NCBI GenBank assembly: GCA_036337035.1
Contig: JAYZFC010000007.1
Coordinates: 41,438 to 105,437, forward strand
Length of the DNA stretch: 64,000 bases
Direction of reading: 5' to 3'
From: Pseudomonadota bacterium
GTDB lineage: Bacteria; Pseudomonadota; Gammaproteobacteria; Steroidobacterales; Rariloculaceae
The notes under the pieces are model-generated. The model was not told the DNA's origin and searched no databases. It saw only the letters and a list, made by a program, of their open reading frames with translations. The position numbers and the translations under genes were made by a program. Positions 22,169 through 30,409 of this stretch are shown in pieces (the stretch's first letter is position 1; each line of letters starts with the position of its first letter).

Positions 22169-23146
22169 ATGGAACTGAAACAAATTGAACAAGCAGCAAA
22201 AAGGCTTCACCCAATTATCATAAGGACACCTTTAATTTCTTCTTCGTACCTTGACGATCTCAATCAAGGAAAAATACTACTTAAAGCAGAAAATCTACAA
22301 CGAACAGGATCATTTAAAATACGTGGTGCTTATAATCTCCTGAGACAGTTGAGCAAGAATGAAAAAAATAATGGTGCCGTTGCGTATTCATCAGGAAACC
22401 ATGCTCAAGCGGTAGCAGCATCCGGTAAGATCCTGAATATTGAGACAACAATAGTTATGCCAGAGGACACACCTGAAATAAAAATAAAGAATACAAAAAT
22501 TCTAGGCGGTAATGTTGTTTTTTATGATCGCTATTCTGAGAATAGGGAAGAAATTGCCTATGAGATAGCAAAAAAGAAAGGTGCTTTTTTGATTCCACCT
22601 TATGACCATAATGAAATAATTGCAGGTCAAGGAACAGCAGGACTTGAGATTGCAGAGCAGTGCTCGGAATTGAATTATACTCCTGATCAAGTACTGGTAT
22701 GTTGTAGTGGTGGTGGGCTTACTGCTGGAGTTGCAACTGCAGTAAAAGCGAAATATTCAGAAAGTAAAATATTTGCGGTTGAACCGAGAGAGTTCGATGA
22801 TACAAGACGTTCATTATTGTCAGGAAATTTAGAAGTCAACAAAAAAGAGTCCAGAACTATTTGTGATGCACTTATGAGTGCGCCACCAGGAAAATTAACT
22901 TTTAAGATTAATAGGAAATTACTGACTGATGTTTTATTGGTATCTGATTCAGATGTTAGAGATGCAATCCGATTTGCTTTTAATTACCTGAAACTTGTTA
23001 TTGAGCCAGGTGGTGCTGCAGCATTAGCAGCCATATTAAATGGCAGCATTAATACTAAGGATAAGACAACTGTTGCTATTTTAACCGGAGGAAATATTGA
23101 TCCACTCCTTCATTCCTCAATTATATGTGATCATGAAACTGTCTAA
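22169..23146 (+). CDS. PLP-dependent threonine/serine dehydratase family enzyme (no ACT regulatory domain)
   Basis: 325 aa. PLP-lysine motif GSFKIRGAYN, SSGNHAQA, and glycine loop CCSGGGLTAG. The length fits catabolic dehydratase or serine-racemase-like members. Confidence 0.8.
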   Translation: MELKQIEQAAKRLHPIIIRTPLISSSYLDDLNQGKILLKAENLQRTGSFKIRGAYNLLRQLSKNEKNNGAVAYSSGNHAQAVAASGKILNIETTIVMPEDTPEIKIKNTKILGGNVVFYDRYSENREEIAYEIAKKKGAFLIPPYDHNEIIAGQGTAGLEIAEQCSELNYTPDQVLVCCSGGGLTAGVATAVKAKYSESKIFAVEPREFDDTRRSLLSGNLEVNKKESRTICDALMSAPPGKLTFKINRKLLTDVLLVSDSDVRDAIRFAFNYLKLVIEPGGAAALAAILNGSINTKDKTTVAILTGGNIDPLLHSSIICDHETV

Positions 23147-23183
23147 CGGTTAAAGTGCCTCAAAGTTAATGCGAAACTAATAT

Positions 23184-23230
23184 CTGAAAAAATCCGCGTG
23201 TCTTAGGTTCGATCCCGTCGCTGTCCACCA
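23184..23230 (+). repeat. Decayed duplicate of the tRNA-Phe 3' half (anticodon loop to CCA); att-like direct repeat
   Basis: ctgaaaaaatccgcgtgtcttaggttcgatcccgtcgctgtccacca versus 22046-22090. My hand alignment gives 39/45 identical plus a 2-nt insertion. No matching 5' half upstream, and the T-stem no longer pairs. Confidence 0.75.
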
Positions 23231-23291
23231 TCAAGCACCCTTTAAGGATCTATAGTTGATTTTTTATATAGTTACTTGATATATTTTCTTA

Positions 23292-23519
23292 ATGCAAAAA
23301 ATATCCTTTCTTGTACTGCTTTTTTTGTTAACCTCTTGTGGAGATGTTGACCCAAATATGCTTAACATAGCTCTAACCGATACTGATACTAAGCAATCTG
23401 AAGAACAGGCTAAGGCATTAGCCGCTGCAGCTGCATTACAAGATGCTTCCAATCAAGCCCAACAAATTGCCCTCCAGAAATTTGGTACCGGTCAATTTGG
23501 TCAAAGCACTTTTCAATAA
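23292..23519 (+). CDS. Small lipoprotein, unknown function
   Basis: 75 aa. Signal peptide with lipobox LLTSC|G, then an Ala/Gln-rich, probably helical segment. Confidence 0.6.
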   Translation: MQKISFLVLLFLLTSCGDVDPNMLNIALTDTDTKQSEEQAKALAAAAALQDASNQAQQIALQKFGTGQFGQSTFQ

Positions 23520-23526
23520 AATTAAT

Positions 23527-24711
23527 ATGAAAATTTATTTCTCATTGATCTTTTTTTTATTAGTCAGTTCCATCTCTAAAGCAGATGATTATGTTTGGGG
23601 TGAGGAATTTAAAGAAGGAGATATTATTTCAGCCGCTACATTTAATCAGATTTTTAATACCCTAGAAACAATCAACAGAAATGTAAAAGATAGTGATCTT
23701 GTTGGCACTTGGTCCTGTAATGCTATTACAACGAGAAATACTGATGGATGGACAAATAAAGGAGCATTTTATCAATTAGAAGGTGCTCAAGTTAACTTTA
23801 CATCATCTGAATCATCCTCAAGTATTGAGTCGCCATACACAATTTCAACATCCGCACCTAGTCCATTTAAAAGAACTTCAGGAGCATTCTCAGGAGTGTA
23901 TTCTTTATTTAATAATATGATATTTACTAAAATTGATGGCGAAACAGATTCAAGAATTTTTCTTGTTGATATAAAAAGCGAAACTAAAATAGATTTTATA
24001 TTTCAAGAAACAAGTGCACAGTCTTTTCCGGCAAATTATGCAAGCTATATTAGCTGTAACTCAGCAGTAGCTGTTCCCGCTGCACCTACCGGAACTACAG
24101 CCACTAATGCTCAAACTCAGGTGAATGTGACATGGACTGATCAAAGCTTAGATGAAGCTGGCTTTAAAATTTATCGTAGACTATCAACTGAGACAGAAGC
24201 CACACAACTCGCTACGGCAGTTACTGCCAGTCCATATGTTGATAGTACTCTAACTGAAGGACAGACAGCTTATTACAGCGTCTCAGCATATAATGCCAAT
24301 GGCGAGTCAGCTAAATCGAAAACAGTGAGTGCCACCTTAGATAGTATCAAACCAACCGTATCGTCACATAGCCCAATTACCAATCAAGTGGTATCAAGAA
24401 CAAGTCGAAATATAAGTATTACTTTTTCTGAAAGTGTATTTGTTGTTTGTCCTGATGCTGATCTCGCCGACCGTTGCTTTTCTAATGGGTCTGCAGTTAC
24501 AAGCGTTGGGAGTAGCGGCAAAACATATGGTTATATTACACAGCCTTCAGGTTCAGCAAGCTTATTAATTTCAGGAAATATCGTTGGATCAGCTGAAGTT
24601 TTAAATGCGTCGGACACGATTACTGTCACAGTTCATAAAGAGTGGATTCAGGATGCTAATGGCAATCAAATGGATGCAGATTATACTTATACATTTACTA
24701 CAGGTTTATAA
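23527..24711 (+). CDS. Secreted protein with fibronectin type III and bacterial Ig-like domains
   Basis: I prefer the in-frame ATG at 23527 (MKIYFSLIFFLLVSSISKA|DDY signal peptide). The central segment TNAQTQVNVTWTDQSLDEAGFKIYRR...YYSVSAYNANGES is FN3-like; the C-terminal DSIKPTVSSHSP...ISITFSESV is Ig-like (SbsA/Big_5 type). Confidence 0.65.
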   Translation: MKIYFSLIFFLLVSSISKADDYVWGEEFKEGDIISAATFNQIFNTLETINRNVKDSDLVGTWSCNAITTRNTDGWTNKGAFYQLEGAQVNFTSSESSSSIESPYTISTSAPSPFKRTSGAFSGVYSLFNNMIFTKIDGETDSRIFLVDIKSETKIDFIFQETSAQSFPANYASYISCNSAVAVPAAPTGTTATNAQTQVNVTWTDQSLDEAGFKIYRRLSTETEATQLATAVTASPYVDSTLTEGQTAYYSVSAYNANGESAKSKTVSATLDSIKPTVSSHSPITNQVVSRTSRNISITFSESVFVVCPDADLADRCFSNGSAVTSVGSSGKTYGYITQPSGSASLLISGNIVGSAEVLNASDTITVTVHKEWIQDANGNQMDADYTYTFTTGL

Positions 24712-24717
24712 AATATA

Positions 24718-25419
24718 TTAGATACCTTTATCAGGATTTGTACCAGTTGGAACTGGGATGCCATTTTTAATTAACTTTGGAGATTTACCAATATCTATTA
24801 GTTTAGGCCTTTCTTTAAGGTAATTTTTTACACCAGGTAATGATTCAAACGAAGACATAAAATTTAATATATTATTATATTGATCAAAAATTTTTTCATC
24901 TATCAGTTTTGCTAATGAAAAATGATGATAAACAGAAAAGTCACAATAGTATGGTTCTTGACCAAAGAAAAATGAACCTTTTGTTAATGCTAACTGACGA
25001 GAAAAGTTTTTTAACTTTTTTGGGAAAGAATCTAGAAATTTTTTTTTATATTTTATGTGTGTTTCATCTACCATTAAATTAACTATTGGATTTAATGGAA
25101 TAAATAATTCATAGCTTTGTTCATGTACTGCATCAACCTCTGCTTTTAAAAGACGGCCTTTAGGCTCTGTATTAGTGTATTTAGAAAGATATCTTATAAT
25201 GGCCCCACTTTGCCAGATATGTTTTTTTTCATCGATGACTAAAATTGGTAGTTGATTAAAAGGCACATCTTCCTTGGCATCACTCCATGGTTTTCCATAG
25301 AAATCCCAGGCCATTTTATAAGAATATTTTATATCAGCGTATCTCATCATCATTTGTGGAGCTTCAGCCAAAGCTCTTAGATTGAAATAAATTAATTGAA
25401 ATTCTGGTATATTTTTCAA
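24718..25419 (-). CDS. Glutathione S-transferase-like protein (Tyr-type, sigma/alpha-class-like N-terminus)
   Basis: 233 aa. QLIYFNLRALAEAPQMMMRYADIKY and FNQLPILVIDEKKHIWQSGAIIRYLSK resemble the thioredoxin-fold N-domain of sigma-class GSTs. Confidence 0.7.
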   Translation of the reverse strand: MKNIPEFQLIYFNLRALAEAPQMMMRYADIKYSYKMAWDFYGKPWSDAKEDVPFNQLPILVIDEKKHIWQSGAIIRYLSKYTNTEPKGRLLKAEVDAVHEQSYELFIPLNPIVNLMVDETHIKYKKKFLDSFPKKLKNFSRQLALTKGSFFFGQEPYYCDFSVYHHFSLAKLIDEKIFDQYNNILNFMSSFESLPGVKNYLKERPKLIDIGKSPKLIKNGIPVPTGTNPDKGI

Positions 25420-25420
25420 A

Positions 25421-26404
25421 TTATAAAGCTCCTCTTAGGCACCTAGAGGCATAAGGAAAATCATCTGTTACAACATAGTAGTAGATGCCAGAAGGAAACT
25501 CTGGAGTAACGCCAGTTCTTCCATTGCATCTATCTAGATCTCCAAGACCCTCGACGTATTCATAATCTTGAGTAAATGATCCTAAAGGGATTGAATTGCC
25601 ATTATTACTATTGGTAGAAGGCCTACCTGAGTCACCTGAGCCCTTAATTTTCCAACTGGATTTTAATATTTTAATAGAGCTTGAAGAGTTATTAGATTCT
25701 GTATATCCGTAGCGTACATAAATAGGAAAACCATCAGCAGCCCAGCCAATTAAAGTCATCGACTCTCCTTTCCCTAATAGAGTAACATATCTTTCTGGCA
25801 CCCCATGGTAGTGATATTGCCCATTTGGTTGGATATGAGCATTATTCATATCATCACCAAAATTAAAGGCAGTTTGGCCTAGCGCTTCAATATTCCAGTT
25901 ACCACTCCCCATTGCTAGACTGCAAGAGCCTGAATTATTGCACCTTCCTGCTGTTCCAGGCTCAAATGCCACTCCATTTAGAGCAATCCCTGGTTCTTGT
26001 GTAGAAGCCCCATTTGGATTAGAAAGAAGGTTAGGGACTAAAGTTAGTGCTCTAGATATGTTTATTACTCCAAGTGAATTGGGGTTATTAGAATTAGGAA
26101 ATGTTCCAATTTCATGATTCGGTATTCCATTAGCAGAGAGATTTCTATTTGAGGAGCTACATGACCAAGTATAGTCATATGCAGCATTTACTGATTCATG
26201 AGTATTTACTCCGCTATCAGAATAGCTACACATTACATTTGATGTATTATAAGTTGCTAAAACTGTTCCAGAATTATTATTATCTGAATCATTACTAGAA
26301 CTATTGTTACTAGATTGGGTAGGGCCACTCCCACCACTGCAAGATGCAAAGGATAAAAATATTAGAGTTAAATATATTTTTTTGAATTGCAAAAACATCA
26401 ACAT
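25421..26404 (-). CDS. YHYH-motif lipoprotein, unknown function
   Basis: I prefer the Met at 26404 (MLMFLQFKKIYLTLIFLSFASC|SGG lipobox). It has a Ser/Asn-rich linker and the QYHYHGVP motif characteristic of YHYH-domain proteins. Confidence 0.7.
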   Translation of the reverse strand: MLMFLQFKKIYLTLIFLSFASCSGGSGPTQSSNNSSSNDSDNNNSGTVLATYNTSNVMCSYSDSGVNTHESVNAAYDYTWSCSSSNRNLSANGIPNHEIGTFPNSNNPNSLGVINISRALTLVPNLLSNPNGASTQEPGIALNGVAFEPGTAGRCNNSGSCSLAMGSGNWNIEALGQTAFNFGDDMNNAHIQPNGQYHYHGVPERYVTLLGKGESMTLIGWAADGFPIYVRYGYTESNNSSSSIKILKSSWKIKGSGDSGRPSTNSNNGNSIPLGSFTQDYEYVEGLGDLDRCNGRTGVTPEFPSGIYYYVVTDDFPYASRCLRGAL

Positions 26405-26444
26405 TAATCCAAAACTGTATGTGTTTATATTATAATTGAAACTT

Positions 26445-27194
26445 ATGAAATCTATTACCTCTAAATTAGCCATTTTTTTATTTTTAATATCTGGATGTTC
26501 TTCATTTCAGATATATGAGGGTGAAAGCTCTGATCCTTTTGAGCCTTATAATAGGGCTATTTTTGATTTTAATATCACTATTGATAATCAAATAACAAAG
26601 CCTATTGCAGTTGGTTACAGGAATGTAGTTCCAAATATTGTTCAGATCGGTATAAATAATTTTTTTGATAATTTTTCCTCTCCAGTCATTATGGTTAGTA
26701 ATTTCTTACAATTTAAAATTATTGATTCTGGAATAGATATAAGTAGATTTTTTATTAATTCAACCGTTGGTGTTTTAGGTGTTATTGATATAGCAAGTTA
26801 CATGGGGCTGGAGCCTCATAATGAAGACTTAGGCCAGACATTAGGAAAATGGGGCATTGATCAGGGACCATACCTGATGATGCCATTATTAGGTCCTTAT
26901 ACAGCAAGAGATTTAGTAGGAAAATTTGCTGAATATCCATTAGAGTTTCCAGACGAGATTTTTGGAGAAGATTATTATAAGTATAGTTTTATAAGTCTTA
27001 AGTTTATTGACCAACGGTCGAGATTGCTAGTTGCAGATAGAGAGATGGAAGCAGCTTTTGATCCCTATATTCTTGTTAGAGAAGCTTATTTACAAAGAAG
27101 GTTTTTTTTAGTATATGATGGCAATCCACCAGAGATTGAGGAAGAATTTTTAGATGCTTATTCTGAGGAAGAGTTTTTAGATTCAGAATTATAA
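26445..27194 (+). CDS. mlaA: Outer-membrane lipid asymmetry lipoprotein MlaA/VacJ
   Basis: Lipobox LISGC|SS, DPFEPYNRAIFDFN and GPYLMMPLLGP motifs. The ATG at 26445 is preferred over the TTG at 26436. C-terminal acidic tandem repeat. Confidence 0.88.
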   Translation: MKSITSKLAIFLFLISGCSSFQIYEGESSDPFEPYNRAIFDFNITIDNQITKPIAVGYRNVVPNIVQIGINNFFDNFSSPVIMVSNFLQFKIIDSGIDISRFFINSTVGVLGVIDIASYMGLEPHNEDLGQTLGKWGIDQGPYLMMPLLGPYTARDLVGKFAEYPLEFPDEIFGEDYYKYSFISLKFIDQRSRLLVADREMEAAFDPYILVREAYLQRRFFLVYDGNPPEIEEEFLDAYSEEEFLDSEL

Positions 27195-27544
27195 CTACCA
27201 TCTAATAATGGAAGAATTTCATTAATTTCAGCCATACTATGAATTTGTTTTGGAATATTTTCAAAGATGGCTTTACCAATATTTTCTTTATGAAAAAAAC
27301 CAATCCATTCGATCAGTAAGCTCAGGCCTGCACTATCTGTCTCTCTTACTTCAGATAGGTCAAATATAGCAGGAGTAGATTCAGACAAAATAGCTCTAAG
27401 AGAATTATTATTTTTATCAAAAAATAATTCTTCACCTCTATCTAAAGCATCACTTATAGAATTAAATGTAAGATCTCCAGAAACTTTCCATCTATTTAGT
27501 TCAATACCTTCGATTTTAAGACGCTTCTCTATTTTTTCATCCAT
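27158..27544 (-). CDS. mlaB: STAS-domain protein, MlaB-like
   Basis: 128 aa in the last position of the mlaFEDCB-type operon; anti-sigma-antagonist-like core (DLSEVRETDSAGLSLLIEW). Confidence 0.6.
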   Translation of the reverse strand: MDEKIEKRLKIEGIELNRWKVSGDLTFNSISDALDRGEELFFDKNNNSLRAILSESTPAIFDLSEVRETDSAGLSLLIEWIGFFHKENIGKAIFENIPKQIHSMAEINEILPLLDGSYNSESKNSSSE

Positions 27545-27547
27545 ATC

Positions 27548-28147
27548 TTAATTTTCTAACCTTTCAATTACTACATCTAGTCCATCTCGTCTTATTTCTG
27601 AACCAATTTGGCTTCTTAGATTTCTAACATAAGAAATACCATCTATAGAGATATCATAAACTCGCCATTGAGAGTTACTAAGTCTCAGATCATAGTCAAC
27701 AGAAACACTTTGCCCCTCGTTTAGTTTAACAGAACCTCTAATAGTGGTTCTATCTTCATCTAAGGAAAGCTCATGTGGATAAAAAGATAATTGATTGCTT
27801 TGAAATTCTAATATTCCAAATGCATATCTTTTAACAATATAATTGTAAACAGCAATAGAAAATCTAGCTCTTTGTTCTTGAGTAGCAGTTCTACCATATC
27901 TACCCAAAACTAAATAAGCTGCATAATTTCTATCAAAATTAGGCAACAGAATGCTATCAATAAGAGAATAAAGCTCTTCAGAATTCTCTTTATAATATTG
28001 TTCTTTTCCTCTTAAGGCATCAAGCGTGATTTTTGCAGTTTGAGTAATTACTTCTGAGGGTGAGATTATTTGAGCAGAGATGTTACAATTTAGTAAAGCA
28101 ATATATATTAGTACTAAATTAATGAAATTATATTTATAAAATATCAA
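27548..28147 (-). CDS. mlaC: Periplasmic phospholipid-binding protein MlaC (Ttg2D family)
   Basis: 199 aa with a signal peptide; operon position and the WRVYDISIDGISYV motif. Confidence 0.85.
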   Translation of the reverse strand: MIFYKYNFINLVLIYIALLNCNISAQIISPSEVITQTAKITLDALRGKEQYYKENSEELYSLIDSILLPNFDRNYAAYLVLGRYGRTATQEQRARFSIAVYNYIVKRYAFGILEFQSNQLSFYPHELSLDEDRTTIRGSVKLNEGQSVSVDYDLRLSNSQWRVYDISIDGISYVRNLRSQIGSEIRRDGLDVVIERLEN

Positions 28148-28149
28148 AT

Positions 28150-28611
28150 TTAATCTCCACCTATAGATAATAGGAATTTTCCAATTAAATCTTCTAAAAC
28201 TATAGCTGATTGAGTAAATTCAATTTCACTACCTTCAATTAAGGAATCAAATGAACCGCCTGAATTTATTCCAATATATTGTCCACCGAGAAGCCCGGAA
28301 GTAAGAATACTTGCATCACTATCAATTGGAATTTGATTATATTTTGAATCAATTTTTAACATAACTATTGCTTCTAGATGTTCTGGATCAAGTGTGATTT
28401 CTTCAACTCTACCTATTGTTACCCCAGCCATAGTTACTGGAGCTCTTATTGTTAAGCCTCCAATATCTTCAAAACGAGCTGTGACATCGTAGCCATCATC
28501 ACTTAAATAAGATTCTATATTTGTTGTTTGAGTTGTTAGAAAAAAAATTGCAGCAAATCCTAACAAAACAAAAAGACCTGTTTGTATTTCTACCGATTTT
28601 ATTTTTTTCAT
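28150..28611 (-). CDS. mlaD: MCE-domain protein MlaD
   Basis: 153 aa. N-terminal TM anchor and MCE core (VTMAGVTIGRVEEITLD). Confidence 0.9.
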   Translation of the reverse strand: MKKIKSVEIQTGLFVLLGFAAIFFLTTQTTNIESYLSDDGYDVTARFEDIGGLTIRAPVTMAGVTIGRVEEITLDPEHLEAIVMLKIDSKYNQIPIDSDASILTSGLLGGQYIGINSGGSFDSLIEGSEIEFTQSAIVLEDLIGKFLLSIGGD

Positions 28612-28621
28612 TAGGTCTCCT

Positions 28622-29395
28622 CTAAATTATTGCTGAAGTAATCAAATAGTCTAATATTAACACTGCTACTGCAGAACTAACTACAGTTCTTGTTGTTGCG
28701 AGCCCAATTCCTTCTGCAGAAGGAGAGCAAGTATAGCCTTCATATACAGCTATTAGACTTGCTGCTATACCAAAAACTATGCTTTTAAAAATACCTTCAG
28801 TTATATCAGTTAAGTCAACATTTGAAATAAGCTGTGACCAGAAAACACCTGAATCCACTCCCATTAGATTAATAGCTACTACACATGTTCCAGCTATACC
28901 AATAACATTAAATATTGCTGCTAGTAATGGCATCGATAAAATTCCTCCTATAAATCTAGGAACAACTACATAATCAATAGGATCAACTGCCATCATTTCC
29001 ATAGCTGATAGCTGATCAGTAGTTCTCATTAAACCAATTTCAGAGGCAATTGCTGTTCCAGCACGACCAGAAAATAATAAAGCTGTTACCACAGGACCAA
29101 GCTCTTTGAATAGGCCTAAAGCAGAAATAGCTCCCACTGATGTTTCAGCATCAAACTTTGCTAGCGAATCATACCCTTGTAGGCCAAGCACCATTCCAAC
29201 AAAGAAGGCAGAGACCATTATAATCACTAAGGATAAAGTTCCTGCATTATATATTTGCTTTATAACTAGATCAGTTCTTGTAAAGATAATTCTAGGCAAG
29301 GATGAAGAAATATTAATAAAAAAAATTGTTATTTTACCGGCTCTACTAATAGCTAATCCTATTGATAATAGAAGATTAATTATCCATTTATTCAT
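28622..29395 (-). CDS. mlaE: ABC transporter permease MlaE
   Basis: 257 aa, polytopic. ELGPVVTALLFSGRAGTAIASEIGLMRTTDQL matches the MlaE family. Confidence 0.92.
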   Translation of the reverse strand: MNKWIINLLLSIGLAISRAGKITIFFINISSSLPRIIFTRTDLVIKQIYNAGTLSLVIIMVSAFFVGMVLGLQGYDSLAKFDAETSVGAISALGLFKELGPVVTALLFSGRAGTAIASEIGLMRTTDQLSAMEMMAVDPIDYVVVPRFIGGILSMPLLAAIFNVIGIAGTCVVAINLMGVDSGVFWSQLISNVDLTDITEGIFKSIVFGIAASLIAVYEGYTCSPSAEGIGLATTRTVVSSAVAVLILDYLITSAII

Positions 29396-30272
29396 AATTT
29401 TTTTCTCGGTTATGCTTCTTTCCAGAGCTTAGAGGATTCATAATTTCCTCTTCAGAATTTTTAACATTTGAAAGCATTTGATCAAAATAATCATTAGCTG
29501 GGAAGTGAAAAGGTACTGGCCCATCAGCAATACCATTAATGAACTGTTGAACTAGTGCTGACTTATCAAGATTTATTTGCTGAGGTGTTCCTGATGCAAT
29601 AATCTCTTTATCTGCAATTATATAAGTCCAATCTGATACTGTTGCCGTCTCAGCAACATCATGAGAGACTATTATACTAGTTATACCTAAAGCATCATTT
29701 AAATTTCTTATTAATCTTAATACCACGCCCATTGAAATTGGATCAAGACCATTGAATGGCTCATCATATATTAATAGGCTTGGGTCTAAGGCTATTGCTC
29801 TTGCCAGCGCCACTCTTCTTGCCATACCACCTGAAAGTTCTGATGGCATCAATTTATATGCTCCTCTTAAGCCTACTGCATGAAGCTTCATAAAAACAAT
29901 ATGCTTAATTAATTTTTCTGGGAGTTTAGTATTTTCTCTTAGTGGGAAAGCAACATTATCAAATACATTAATATCTGTTAGAAGTGCTCCTTGTTGGAAT
30001 AGCATACCCATGCCCTTGCGAAGCTCATATAAATTTTTATTTGAAATTTTATTAATATCAAGACCATTAACTACAATATTGCCTTTGTCAGGTTTTAATT
30101 GACCTGCAATCAGACGTAAAAGAGTAGTTTTCCCGGTTCCGCTAGGACCCATAATAGCGGTTATCTTTCCTTTAGGAATAGATATATTTATATCATTAAA
30201 AATATGATTATTGCCTCTTTTAAAGCTCAGATTTTTAATTTCAACCATATTGTCACTAAATTTCTCTGTCAT
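29388..30272 (-). CDS. mlaF: ABC transporter ATP-binding protein MlaF
   Basis: Walker A GPSGTGKT, signature LSGGMARR, Walker B LLIYDEP; first gene of the operon, overlapping mlaE by 8 nt. Confidence 0.93.
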   Translation of the reverse strand: MTEKFSDNMVEIKNLSFKRGNNHIFNDINISIPKGKITAIMGPSGTGKTTLLRLIAGQLKPDKGNIVVNGLDINKISNKNLYELRKGMGMLFQQGALLTDINVFDNVAFPLRENTKLPEKLIKHIVFMKLHAVGLRGAYKLMPSELSGGMARRVALARAIALDPSLLIYDEPFNGLDPISMGVVLRLIRNLNDALGITSIIVSHDVAETATVSDWTYIIADKEIIASGTPQQINLDKSALVQQFINGIADGPVPFHFPANDYFDQMLSNVKNSEEEIMNPLSSGKKHNREKNYE

Positions 30273-30409
30273 AAGGAAAATTTTACATAAAAAATCAAAA
30301 TTATTTCCAATAAATTTTGCACAGCCTTAATATTAGGTTACATTTTACTATGGAAGGCCTTAATAGAATATTTAAAAATAGAATATTATTAGTTCTTTGA
30401 GGAAAAGAG

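Larger units (their letters stand above)
22091..23230 (+). mobile_element. Possible relic of a tRNA-Phe-integrated element (no integrase left)
   Basis: Bounded by the intact tRNA-Phe and a same-orientation decayed copy of its 3' 45 nt. The single enclosed gene is visibly GC-richer than the flanks. Confidence 0.3.

Noticed and set aside
23155-23183. Attempt to extend the tRNA-Phe fragment into a complete second tRNA
   Set aside because: No 5' acceptor strand complementary to GCTGTCC exists upstream, and there is no D-arm or 5' anticodon stem. There is only a vague resemblance (gtgcctcaaagtt versus gtagctcagttgg). I treat it as a 3' fragment only.
23443-23526. Upstream extension of the FN3/Ig protein ORF that overlaps the small lipoprotein gene by 77 nt
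   Set aside because: The in-frame ATG at 23527 yields a textbook signal peptide and removes the overlap. The extension has no signal-like features.
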